Part shown: positions 15,385 through 24,361 of the stretch, piece by piece
How the letters are laid out: each line of letters opens with the position of its first letter
Position numbering within the stretch: the stretch's first letter is position 1
From: a virus
Taxonomy: Duplodnaviria > Caudoviricetes
Direction: 5' to 3' (one strand)
Length of the DNA: 24,361 nt
IMG/VR virus record: IMGVR_UViG_3300027828_000097
Span: 1 to 24,361 of that record
Position numbers and translations under genes: made by a program
The notes under the pieces: generated by a model
What the model was told of the DNA's origin: nothing
The model's input: the letters and a program-made list of their open reading frames with translations, nothing else
Database searches by the model: none

Positions 15385-18300
15385 TTAGTTCCAATACTCA
15401 TCTTCTTGGGAGTGCTTAGGGAGGTTTTGGTTCATCATCTCGATCCCGTTTTTAACCGGGACAATGTTGGGGAGGAGGGCTTCAAGCACCCGTGAGTCCT
15501 CCTGTGAGAAGTTGTAGCTGGGATGTGCCAGCGATCCCGGAAGGGACGCAAGCTTCCCTAGGTTATTTATAGTGCTTACCGTAGGGTTCCCCGCGATGAA
15601 GCTTGCAGCCTGCCCGGAGCTTCGCCCGTATTTGAACACAGGATCAAAGCCGGTAAGCTGCATAGCAGTATCTACAAGTCCCGGAAACAGGGTCAGCATC
15701 CCGTGCTTCTGGAGGGAACCTTTGACGATGTTGTCCAGAGACAGCCTATCCTCAAGTTTCTCCCCGTCCATCCAGTTGTTAGCTGTCTGCTGTCCGATAT
15801 AGGCCAGAGAGGAGGACATAAGCCCCATGCTGAAAACCATGAAGGTCTCCATGTCACGGAAGTGAACGTTATGAAGGAACTGCTTCGAGTAAGCGTTGAC
15901 CGCGAACGAGCGGAACTGAGTGAGAACCTTTCCGAGTTCTTTATGCATGAAGGGAATGGTGGAGCCGATGTCATTCTCTTGAACAGCGATGCGTTGTAGC
16001 CTGTTCATTCCTAGTGAGAATGAGCCAAAGACTTCATCGTCCCAAGATTGGTAGTTGATGGCCTTGAGGCGGCCTGAGGGTGAGAACTTTGAGTGCTTAC
16101 GCATCTCCTCAAAGATGCGTTCCTGCATCTTGTCAGACCACCCTGCGTCGCGCAGGCGCACCCTCTGAGCATCGGTCAGCAGCTTCCTGCCGCTGGCGAA
16201 GAGAGAGAGCTTATGTGCAATAGACTTGGCGGCGATACCTTGCATCCAAGCGGTCACGGGAGCAAGGCCACCGGCAATAGAGACAAAGCGTTTCATCCCT
16301 TGCAGGACATTATCGGCCTTCTCTAACCCCTGACCGAGACGTGTGGTCGTATCGAAGCCAATACCTAAGTCATCAAACCCACGCATCACGGGGTTCCTAA
16401 CGAAGTCCGAGCCTGAACCAAGAACGAAATGGAGTTCCTCGGCAAGGTCATCTTCGAGTTCGCCTTTACGCGCTCTCCGCCATAGTGCTTTCAGCCCCGG
16501 CATATTCGCGAGCATGTTCTTCAGGCCCACCTTACCGGCCACAAAGCCTAACTCGGCCATCTGACCAAACCAACCAGCCTGTCCCATTTTTGTCACGAAG
16601 TTGAGGTCACGTAGAGACTTGCTCACCTGATTAAATGAGGAGTAGGGGTCTGTATCAATGGAGCGCCCTGTTATAAGGTTTACCACCTCATCAAGCTTTT
16701 TGGCGGCTGTGACATCCCCTTGAGACCTGATGTCTTCAAGAGCCTTGTTCACATCCGACTGTGACCTATACCCTTTTTTGGCAAGGGCGGACCACCCTGC
16801 TGCTGATCGAACATACCGCGTACCCACGCGGCCCACGTCCTGATCGAACAGGTCCATCACCCGGTACGTCTTGCCGCCCACCTCGGTCTCTGCCGTCATA
16901 TCCATAAATAGGCGCTTCTTCAGCCAAGAGGGGCGGCCATCGTTGGTATCCCCTTTGGACTTCTTTATAGCCGTCAGGGCCTCTTCAACTTCACTGAAGA
17001 GCTTGTCATCATCAAACCATAGGCGGAGGGATTCCATGTCGTCAAAGGACACCCCATGAAAATCCTCCATGTCCACTCGGTGTGACTTGGCGCTCAGCCT
17101 TCGGGCATATGCTTTAGACACCCTTGTAGCTACGTTCTCCGGCATCTCAGGATCGAGGCCCCTACGGATTATCTGTGCGAGACCTTCAAGATTGACCTCG
17201 GAGAGTACCTCTCGGACCTTTTTGAGACGAGGCACGCGAGGGAGGTAGTTTTTATTAAAGGGGATGTTCTCTGCGCCAAGGACGCCAGCAGCCTTCTGCT
17301 CTTCAAGCATGTTGCGCATCATTGTGCTGAACTGATCAGCAGCTTTGATCACATTCTCATCAGCCTCGTCAGCGCCGTGGAGGTACTCCCCAATACGCCG
17401 CCGGAAGACCTCTCCGGGGGCTGAGTTAAACTCAGCGGAGATGCCTCTATATCCGTTTTCCTTGGCCCAAGCCTTGTAGAAGGGGTTCGAGGATTTATAG
17501 TATGTCGTGAGGTGCTTGCGCTCAATGAGGTCAGCCTCAAGCTCAGCCGAGTGTTGCCGTACAGAGTCTTTATTCTTCAGAGGCCCCGCCTCAAGTAGGT
17601 CAAGACCCATTTTACGCGCTCGGGAGCTTGCTGACCCGATTACCTGCTTGGCGTAAGTGGGTAGGTGGAAGGATGCCAGAGCCAGATCATCGCTCTCCGG
17701 ATGCGCCTCCAAACCTTCGGACTGTGTTCTGGTACCTGTGGTTGGCGCTTCATCCGCTTGTGGAGGCTTTGCCTTCCTAGAGAGAGGGATGGCTCCTCGC
17801 TCATCCGCAGCAAGTCTCTTAGCTGCTTCGATGAAGGCTGCATTGTCTTTCGGGGCAAGGTAGCCCAGCCCACTACCGAGCGATAGCCCAAGTAGACCGG
17901 CATAAACAATATGCTCATTGCCCCTGAAGGAGCTACCACTTACCACAAAGCTCTCAACTGAGGCGTTAATTGCAGCGGCGGAGACGCCGGAGCGCAGCAC
18001 ACGCTGCATTTTAGTACCTTTACTCACCAAGCCGATAGGCCCGCTCAAGAGCGACAATGCCCAATCTGTAGGGTCTAATGTGGCAGCGGTGAAGGAGGCA
18101 AGCGCCCCCCAGCCCTCGGCCTGTGCAACATATTTATCTCTTTCCAGCTCATCCTCTGCGCGCTGAACGAGATAGTCGAGATGCTTTCGGCTCATGGCGC
18201 TGCCATATTCAAACTCAAGGGGAAGCGCCTCGATCCTATCAGATAGCTCTTTGTCTTCGCGGAGAGTCTCCTCCAGATTAAAAAAGCGGTCATAGCTGAA

Positions 18301-18501
18301 CCCAGCGTCCGTAAGTACGCGGGAGATGCCTGCGATAGAACTCTCCGAGTTCAAGGCTGTAGGAAGCACATCGAAGAACCCCGGCTGCTCATCCTCTTTC
18401 TTCAGGTGGTCCGGCGTGGGAAACGTGGTGACAACCGGGTCATATACGTTCTCCCTATGCTGGGAGGTTGAGGGGCTTACTTTGACCTGCTCGTCTTGCA
18501 T
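15385..18501 (-). CDS. Internal virion (ejection) protein, T7 gp16-like (1038 aa)
   Basis: Size and position before the tail fibre. Contains NYLPRV and the C-terminal GKVLTQFRSF motif typical of these proteins. Confidence 0.8.
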   Translation of the reverse strand: MQDEQVKVSPSTSQHRENVYDPVVTTFPTPDHLKKEDEQPGFFDVLPTALNSESSIAGISRVLTDAGFSYDRFFNLEETLREDKELSDRIEALPLEFEYGSAMSRKHLDYLVQRAEDELERDKYVAQAEGWGALASFTAATLDPTDWALSLLSGPIGLVSKGTKMQRVLRSGVSAAAINASVESFVVSGSSFRGNEHIVYAGLLGLSLGSGLGYLAPKDNAAFIEAAKRLAADERGAIPLSRKAKPPQADEAPTTGTRTQSEGLEAHPESDDLALASFHLPTYAKQVIGSASSRARKMGLDLLEAGPLKNKDSVRQHSAELEADLIERKHLTTYYKSSNPFYKAWAKENGYRGISAEFNSAPGEVFRRRIGEYLHGADEADENVIKAADQFSTMMRNMLEEQKAAGVLGAENIPFNKNYLPRVPRLKKVREVLSEVNLEGLAQIIRRGLDPEMPENVATRVSKAYARRLSAKSHRVDMEDFHGVSFDDMESLRLWFDDDKLFSEVEEALTAIKKSKGDTNDGRPSWLKKRLFMDMTAETEVGGKTYRVMDLFDQDVGRVGTRYVRSAAGWSALAKKGYRSQSDVNKALEDIRSQGDVTAAKKLDEVVNLITGRSIDTDPYSSFNQVSKSLRDLNFVTKMGQAGWFGQMAELGFVAGKVGLKNMLANMPGLKALWRRARKGELEDDLAEELHFVLGSGSDFVRNPVMRGFDDLGIGFDTTTRLGQGLEKADNVLQGMKRFVSIAGGLAPVTAWMQGIAAKSIAHKLSLFASGRKLLTDAQRVRLRDAGWSDKMQERIFEEMRKHSKFSPSGRLKAINYQSWDDEVFGSFSLGMNRLQRIAVQENDIGSTIPFMHKELGKVLTQFRSFAVNAYSKQFLHNVHFRDMETFMVFSMGLMSSSLAYIGQQTANNWMDGEKLEDRLSLDNIVKGSLQKHGMLTLFPGLVDTAMQLTGFDPVFKYGRSSGQAASFIAGNPTVSTINNLGKLASLPGSLAHPSYNFSQEDSRVLEALLPNIVPVKNGIEMMNQNLPKHSQEDEYWN

Positions 18502-18513
18502 CGTATCTACTTC

Positions 18514-20703
18514 CTAATCATTTGGGAGAGTTCCATAGTAGGTGTTGAAAGTCTCCATGTTACGTTCTCGGCTTTCGGCGGAGAGGTTATTCCGACGATC
18601 CAGCTCTTCCGCCACGAGAGCCTCCCAGTCTTCCTTGCCATACTTTTCAATGCCAGCCTTATCGATGGCGCGCGTGCGAGCGCCCGGTGAGACAACTCCA
18701 AAGGAGGTGGTGTTGAAAAGGACCGGAAGATTATCAACCGATCCTACAAGGGAGCGCACTGCTTCGGCTCTCTGCTCTTCCCGGAGCCTCTGATTTTCTT
18801 CCAGCTCCAGCGCCCGATCCCTAGCTGCGTAGCTGGCGGCCATCTCTCTGACGTTAAATGTTCGTATGTTTGGATCGCCCGGTAGGAAGAGTTCCCCGCG
18901 CTTTACAACACGGACTGTGTTTCTGTCAGCCATACGCACTGTGGGGACGATCGCCCAGTCGTCAGCATCCTCCCCTTCAGGAATAAGCTTCTGCTTGGCG
19001 AACTCGGCGAACTCATCAGTATTCTGTGGCCACCCCTGATCTTTACGGAAGGCCACGTTGTCAACGTATACAGTTCCTTCCGAGTAAATCTCAGCAGCTC
19101 TCTCAAGAGCGTCCTCAGGCTTATAGAAGACGCCTGTACTATACATGACTTCACCAAGGGCCTGAACGTCTAGGATCGCGCTTTGTGGGGTTTCTTCCCC
19201 AAACTCAAACCACCGCGTAAGGCCGCTTTGGATGGTGCTTATCGCCGTCTCTGAGCGAGCGCCTGACCTGAATCTCTTTGCGAGTTCCGGGTCTCGGTTG
19301 TTCATCAGCTCTTGCATCTGTTCTGGGGTCTTCCCGGCAAGCGTTGTGCCAGCTTTATAGACCTCAAAGTCTGCACGGACCTCTTTAGGGAGGACGCTGG
19401 CTACAAGTTGGGCATCCGCGTTATTCCACTGAACGTACTGTTCATATGCGGTTGGATACTTCACAGAGCCGGGAGCGGTGTGTTCGATGAACTCCTTCAC
19501 AGCGGAAGGCATCATCTTGTTCTCAACGCCGACCTTTATGATTTCATCGTACTGACCCTGCCGGGCAAGCTCAGTAGTCTTCAGATCGAAAGCTTTCTGC
19601 TGATCTTTCGGGGGGATGAGGTCTACTCTGCCCTGAACCACCAAGTCGCCATATTGAGAAGCTATGGCGGCGTCCTGTCTCTTCGACCATGCCTTTGACA
19701 TTTGAGAGGAAAGGAAGCTCTCTGAGATACCAAGGCGTTTGTTCCAGTCGTTCAACTTTGAGACATCAAAGATGCCCTGATCAGCTTGTATTTCAATACT
19801 GGCTCTCGTCCCTATCCGCTCAAGAGCAAGAGCGTCCTGTGCAATCTTCCTCCGGTTCTGCTTAACAAGAGAGAGAGCCTGAGCAACATGTGCCTGCTGT
19901 GCAGCGTCTAGGAGAGGGCCATTAGCGTGGCGCGCATCCAGAAGTTCCTGAAGAGGGGCCTCGTCGTTAGCATCAACGGCCATGCGGATAGCGCCGGGAA
20001 CTAGTGCGTCCCTTAGCTTAACTGATGACGTCTTATCCGGGGCATCATTAATAATCTCCATGATGCCAAGCTTGCCGTTCTTGCCCATCTCGTCGAGAGA
20101 CGCCATGTAGGCATTACGCATGTTTTCTGCTTCAATCGAGGCGTACTCGCTATCGACCCTATGGGTGATGATCTCTGTGGTTCTGCCAAGTATCCTCTGG
20201 CGGAGAGCGGAGGAGCGTTGCAGACCCGCTCGTAGCAGATCAGGCCGGTCGCCGAAGATGGAGACGCCCTCCTCATCCTTGTAGAACTTCTCAAGACCGA
20301 GATCGACCATCTCATTGACGTCTTCTAAGGTGACGCCTTTATTCTCCGCCGCGTGTTGGGCGATGGTGCCCTCTAGCTCAATTTCGTAGGCCGTAAGATC
20401 GCGATCAAACTTCGCAGCGTTAAATGCTCGCACGTAAGCATCAGACTTCTTAGCCAGTACAGGGTCCATCTCACCTGTGGAGAGGAAGTCCTGCTGCGCC
20501 TGATCCGAGCGGTTCTGTTCGAGTCCATTAAGAGCCTCCGAGGCTACGCCGCCAACGAGACCAAGGGCAGCTTTAAGCTGTGTGGCAGTGCTAAGTCCGT
20601 CAGTTTGGACGTTAAGAGATGCCGCCACGCCTCTTCGAGCCGAGGAGCGGCTTGCTTGACGTATTCCGCCGCGAGGGCGTCGTGTTTCTGTAGGGCGAGG
20701 CAT
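18514..20703 (-). CDS. Internal virion protein, T7 gp15-like (729 aa)
   Basis: Synteny between gp14-like and gp16-like genes, similar size, helical composition; start overlaps the upstream stop. Confidence 0.7.
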   Translation of the reverse strand: MPRPTETRRPRGGIRQASRSSARRGVAASLNVQTDGLSTATQLKAALGLVGGVASEALNGLEQNRSDQAQQDFLSTGEMDPVLAKKSDAYVRAFNAAKFDRDLTAYEIELEGTIAQHAAENKGVTLEDVNEMVDLGLEKFYKDEEGVSIFGDRPDLLRAGLQRSSALRQRILGRTTEIITHRVDSEYASIEAENMRNAYMASLDEMGKNGKLGIMEIINDAPDKTSSVKLRDALVPGAIRMAVDANDEAPLQELLDARHANGPLLDAAQQAHVAQALSLVKQNRRKIAQDALALERIGTRASIEIQADQGIFDVSKLNDWNKRLGISESFLSSQMSKAWSKRQDAAIASQYGDLVVQGRVDLIPPKDQQKAFDLKTTELARQGQYDEIIKVGVENKMMPSAVKEFIEHTAPGSVKYPTAYEQYVQWNNADAQLVASVLPKEVRADFEVYKAGTTLAGKTPEQMQELMNNRDPELAKRFRSGARSETAISTIQSGLTRWFEFGEETPQSAILDVQALGEVMYSTGVFYKPEDALERAAEIYSEGTVYVDNVAFRKDQGWPQNTDEFAEFAKQKLIPEGEDADDWAIVPTVRMADRNTVRVVKRGELFLPGDPNIRTFNVREMAASYAARDRALELEENQRLREEQRAEAVRSLVGSVDNLPVLFNTTSFGVVSPGARTRAIDKAGIEKYGKEDWEALVAEELDRRNNLSAESRERNMETFNTYYGTLPND

Positions 20704-21218
20704 TACGTTGCTCCTGCGCTTTTAGCTGCTTGTTTGGCCCCCTTGAGGACGTTCTCGGTATTGAAGCCTCCAGTAAGCTTCATACCGGCTTGATAGCCTG
20801 AATAGCCTGCTTTTGCGATCTGGAGGCCAGCGCCTAGGGCTGTAGGCATCTTGATCTGTGACAAACGTGACTTGGTTTGAGAGATGCGCTCCTGCTGCGC
20901 ACTATCGTTATTCTTTGAAATAGTAGTGAGGTCCATCTCGGTCTGCATTGCGGAGTCCTGAAGGAAAGCCTCAATTGAGCCGCTCGCTAGGTTTAACCCG
21001 GAGGCACCGGCGGCGACCCTGATCTGAGCATCTTCACGCCTCTTTGCGCGAAGCCGTTCGTTAGACTCAAGCGTGGCTTTGTCCTGAAGCTCATCAGCCT
21101 GTTTCTCGGATTGCCTGTTGATTTCATCTGCTTGGGCCTGAGCGGCCTTCATCTGACTTACTGTACTAGCTGCCGCGCCCACAACGGACACCACAGCGAA
21201 TGTTACTGGATCACACAT
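20703..21218 (-). CDS. Internal virion protein, T7 gp14-like (171 aa)
   Basis: MCDP start with hydrophobic Ala-rich N-terminus and Gln/Ala-rich helix; synteny. Confidence 0.8.
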   Translation of the reverse strand: MCDPVTFAVVSVVGAAASTVSQMKAAQAQADEINRQSEKQADELQDKATLESNERLRAKRREDAQIRVAAGASGLNLASGSIEAFLQDSAMQTEMDLTTISKNNDSAQQERISQTKSRLSQIKMPTALGAGLQIAKAGYSGYQAGMKLTGGFNTENVLKGAKQAAKSAGAT

Positions 21219-21229
21219 TATGATGTTCC

Positions 21230-21694
21230 CTAGGCTTGATGTCGTATAAAATGTAAAAAAGGAAGCCCCCCAACTCCGTAAGACATGTCAATGTCAATTA
21301 CCTTAAAGCCACACCATTCGAGCCACTTCTGGCTCTTTAGGTTCCTGAGGTCTATGAAGTTATGAAGGACGGGGAAGTGTTTATGCATCTTCTCAATATA
21401 CGGAAGAGAGTTTCTGAGGATCGCTATGCCATTCTGGTCCATAGCCGGGGTGCCGAGCATCCAGACAGAGCCGACGCAAGCCGGGCCAACGCACGGAGCG
21501 CACCCGAAGATAGCTATAGGCGTCCCGGAGCTGTCCAGAATAACCCAGCAGGCAACTGAGACCTCAACAGAGAGGGCTAGAGCTTGTAGAGGGTCAAGCC
21601 CACAAGACGCCGCAATCTCCTCCGTATCGCTCTCGCGGAGGTTCCCTGCGATTGCTCTGATGTGTTTGAAGGTGGGGTCTGTAAACTTGACCAT
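21230..21694 (-). CDS. T7 gp13-like protein (GNAT-like / DUF2833-type, 154 aa)
   Basis: LRESDTEEI, VWMLGT and LHNFIDLRNLKSQKWLEWCGF motifs; follows gp12. Confidence 0.82.
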   Translation of the reverse strand: MVKFTDPTFKHIRAIAGNLRESDTEEIAASCGLDPLQALALSVEVSVACWVILDSSGTPIAIFGCAPCVGPACVGSVWMLGTPAMDQNGIAILRNSLPYIEKMHKHFPVLHNFIDLRNLKSQKWLEWCGFKVIDIDMSYGVGGLPFLHFIRHQA

Positions 21695-21702
21695 ACTCTC
21701 TC

Positions 21703-23877
21703 CTAATAGGCTCTTGCCCTGTTATTGTACATGCCTTCCCATTCTGCCGACTGGAAGGATGAGCTGACATGCGTGTCATTGATTACGGCCACCGTGGCAT
21801 CGCGGCTGTTTCCATAAACCTGAAAGGACCACGCCCCTGTTTCATAGGAGGGTTCACCAAGCTTTAACGAGGCTACCCCAAGGGTCTTTGCGGTGAAGTC
21901 AGCAGTACCTGCCGGGACAACCTCCTCGACTGTGGGGTTAATTCCATAAGGGGCCACCTCAAGCTTGAAGAAAGCCGTGTCTGTGAAATATAGCGTAAAG
22001 GTTCGTAGTATCAGCCTTCCGGTAGTTATGGCTTGACCCTCCCTGCCCACCATAAACTGCTCCGAGAACGTATACCGTGCGGTATAGTTTGCCCCGAAGT
22101 GTACAGGGTTGGCAGAGGTATCTCCGGGAACCTTGAAGGTAAGCGGGGTGGGCCACTCATACGTCGAGGGGTCGATTAACGAACCCACTCCTTCAGGATG
22201 TCCCGAGCCTCTTACAGCCCGGAACGTGGGCTGCTCAAAAGCGCCGGGGAGCGTATACTCCGTTTTGTCTTCCACAGGGAGGTACGTACCTGAGACGGAC
22301 ATCTGTCGATCTAGGTGGAGTGCTTTACCGATGTCCGGATGGACGTAGCCTGAAGTAAGGTTTATACGCTCAATAGACGTCCCTGTTGATCTGGAGATGA
22401 CCATATAGAGATACTCATCGACAACCTCCATAGCAAGGATGCTATCCCCGTCTGCAAAATCCCATTGATGCCACGCGGACTGCGCCTTCTGATCTCCAAC
22501 CCAAAAGAACTGGTACACGTAAACAACATTTGGTTTACTCTCGGTGACGACAAAGAGCGCGTCGAGGTTGGGACTTCCGGCGAGGACCGAGGCCCCCTTC
22601 GGGATATACCGGGGAACATGCGCCGTCACGTCGGATGCCTGCTCCAACCCTGTCGAGGCGGAGGCGAAGTATTCGTACATACGGGAGTAGTTGGCAGTGT
22701 CTGCCAAGAAGTAGATGTCCCTACCCACCATCCGTGGGCGAACCTTTAGGTTCATCTCATATCGTGTTGTGGGGTGTAGTTGGATGTTCCCGGCGGCGAG
22801 ACCTTCTTCGCTGTATGTGAGTGCGAACTGGGTTTGCCCGGAGAAGAGCATAACCCCCTCTCTAAAGGGGACGGCGTAGCGTAGGATGTTGACGTTTGTC
22901 TCGGAGGACGCCACGTCAATGACATCAGAATCAATAAAGTCAAGTACGGTTGTCCGGAAAAAGTTTCCGAAGTCACCGGCAACGGACATGACGACGTTTT
23001 CATCTACAAGGAAGCTGAGGCGGTTCTGTGAGAAGAACACGTCGTTGATCTTCCGGCCAATGAATGTGGGGGCGGGGTTCGTATCCTCATCCCCTACACG
23101 TCGAGGTGCCCATGAAAAAGGCGCAAAGGTAAAAGTGCCATCGGCGTTCCTGACAAGGGCGTGAGGCATGGTCAGAGGATCAATCGCATTGGCGATGTTA
23201 GGGGCCACGGTTTCATCCCACACCCCTCCGTTCTTCACCACGTAATAGCTGGTGAATAGGCTTTCGGTCGTCCCTTTGATCCTATAGAGCGCCCCTTGGG
23301 GTGCCGTATCCGGGAGGTCTTCAAACGCCTGAACTGACGCCGTAACGCCGGTTCCGTAAAAAGTGTTGGGGGTATACTGCTTATAGAGCAGAGAGGCTCC
23401 CCACGGGTCCACCCGCGTGTTGAGCCACGCGTAGTCGAGAGGGTCCGCCACATTGTCAGCCCCGACGACATCCATCTTACACTCGACGGTCTTGTTAACA
23501 ACGAAGGTATAGTCCGCTACTGTGACAAGAGCAAAGTCCTCCGAGGGGCTTGTGGCCGTCAGGTAGCTCTTCCCGGCTGGGAAGGACACAGCCTTGGCCT
23601 CTCCGGTTTCCTGATCGAAAACCTTGAGGTCGCCATTGGACAGCAGGACGATGTAGCGTTCCGTTACGTCCCTGTTTATATAGTGGATGAGCTGATCGCC
23701 CAAGGGACCAGCATCTATCTGATTAACATGCTCCGTCCCCGGCCGCTTGCCGAGACCATCCACAATAGTGGCCCAAAAGTTCACCTGCTCAGCGCACTGG
23801 TCAGGCCGGTGCATAGTCGCTGGCTGTTGAGAAATCCCATTATACATTCCGGGAATCTGACGGGTTATCAGTGACAT
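21703..23877 (-). CDS. Tail tubular protein B (T7 gp12-like, 724 aa)
   Basis: GISQQP, GLGKRPG, TVADYTFVVN, RRVGDEDTNPAPTF, QNRLSFL, DVTAHVPRYI, QSAWHQW and SAEWEG motifs. Confidence 0.95.
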   Translation of the reverse strand: MSLITRQIPGMYNGISQQPATMHRPDQCAEQVNFWATIVDGLGKRPGTEHVNQIDAGPLGDQLIHYINRDVTERYIVLLSNGDLKVFDQETGEAKAVSFPAGKSYLTATSPSEDFALVTVADYTFVVNKTVECKMDVVGADNVADPLDYAWLNTRVDPWGASLLYKQYTPNTFYGTGVTASVQAFEDLPDTAPQGALYRIKGTTESLFTSYYVVKNGGVWDETVAPNIANAIDPLTMPHALVRNADGTFTFAPFSWAPRRVGDEDTNPAPTFIGRKINDVFFSQNRLSFLVDENVVMSVAGDFGNFFRTTVLDFIDSDVIDVASSETNVNILRYAVPFREGVMLFSGQTQFALTYSEEGLAAGNIQLHPTTRYEMNLKVRPRMVGRDIYFLADTANYSRMYEYFASASTGLEQASDVTAHVPRYIPKGASVLAGSPNLDALFVVTESKPNVVYVYQFFWVGDQKAQSAWHQWDFADGDSILAMEVVDEYLYMVISRSTGTSIERINLTSGYVHPDIGKALHLDRQMSVSGTYLPVEDKTEYTLPGAFEQPTFRAVRGSGHPEGVGSLIDPSTYEWPTPLTFKVPGDTSANPVHFGANYTARYTFSEQFMVGREGQAITTGRLILRTFTLYFTDTAFFKLEVAPYGINPTVEEVVPAGTADFTAKTLGVASLKLGEPSYETGAWSFQVYGNSRDATVAVINDTHVSSSFQSAEWEGMYNNRARAY

Positions 23878-23880
23878 CTT

Positions 23881-24361
23881 TTAGCGTCCTTTGTGGAACT
23901 GACGGGCGTGGAAACTGTTGAGGAAGTTATCATCCCCCTGACGCGTCTCGTAAGAGATAAGGGCCGCTCTGGCCTCATCTTCCTCTTCTTTTGTAAAGTA
24001 GTAGAGAATCTGCGATCCGATGCTAGCAGCTTGGAAGCGCCGCGCCGCGCGCATTGTGATGTAATCGCGCGCTGCCTGTGGGATGTCCTCAAAGGGGAGA
24101 AAATAGCTTATATCTGCGGTAATATCCTCGGCGAACTCAAAGGTGTTCTCTAGGCGATCCCACAGCTTCTGTACGTTGCCATCGGAGCTGTCCGTGCGTG
24201 GCACCACGTCCATGAATGGGTCTGAGGGGTCGATGGAAAGGGCATTCGCAGGGACCAGAATGTGATCATTTAGGTCTCTCGTCATTTCCACATTGAGGTC
24301 AGTATTAAAGCTCCAGTCGTTATTCTGGACAGAGCGGGATACGTTATGCACATGAAGCTTC
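23881..24361 (-). CDS. Tail tubular protein A (T7 gp11-like), 5'-truncated by the window edge
   Basis: VQNNDWSFN and LPFEDIPQAARDYITMRAARRF motifs. The frame stays open to the window end. Confidence 0.92.
   Translation of the reverse strand, partial: KLHVHNVSRSVQNNDWSFNTDLNVEMTRDLNDHILVPANALSIDPSDPFMDVVPRTDSSDGNVQKLWDRLENTFEFAEDITADISYFLPFEDIPQAARDYITMRAARRFQAASIGSQILYYFTKEEEDEARAALISYETRQGDDNFLNSFHARQFHKGR

Larger units (their letters stand above)
102..24361 (-). mobile_element. Integrated T7-like (Autographiviridae-type) prophage, continuing beyond the right edge
   Basis: A tyrosine integrase abuts the tRNA 3' end. T7-like gene order gp11-gp12-gp13-gp14-gp15-gp16-tail fibre-terS-terL is followed by early genes, all co-oriented, giving the permuted layout expected after integration of a circularised genome. 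Confidence 0.93.

Overview
The window starts with a host tRNA-Trp(CCA) gene (26-101). Everything after it is one end of an integrated T7-like podovirus (Autographiviridae-type) prophage, with all credible phage genes on the minus strand. Reading in the direction of transcription (right to left), the late module holds gp11 (partial) and gp12 tail tube, gp13-gp16 internal virion proteins, two large tail fibres with accessory proteins, two small membrane proteins, and small and large terminase. A ~1.25-kb non-coding late/early junction follows, probably the fused genome ends, and it includes a strong sigma70 promoter with a ~340-nt structured leader. Next come small early genes (including ArdA and a GP88-like Cys-rich protein), a MarR-like winged-helix gene, and a tyrosine integrase next to the tRNA. 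The most notable signals are these. (1) A perfect alphaproteobacterial LexA box (GAAC-N7-GAAC) lies on the -35 of a promoter upstream of the wHTH-integrase unit, and no CI-like repressor gene is visible. This suggests a host-SOS and excision-based switch. (2) The IHF-site plus TGTGCCA-repeat pattern beside the tRNA recurs at the genome-end junction, next to a canonical G-quadruplex motif. (3) A conserved ~50-nt structured element flanks terL on both sides. All protein assignments come from motif recognition and synteny, not database searches. The RNA polymerase, capsid genes and second att site lie outside the window.
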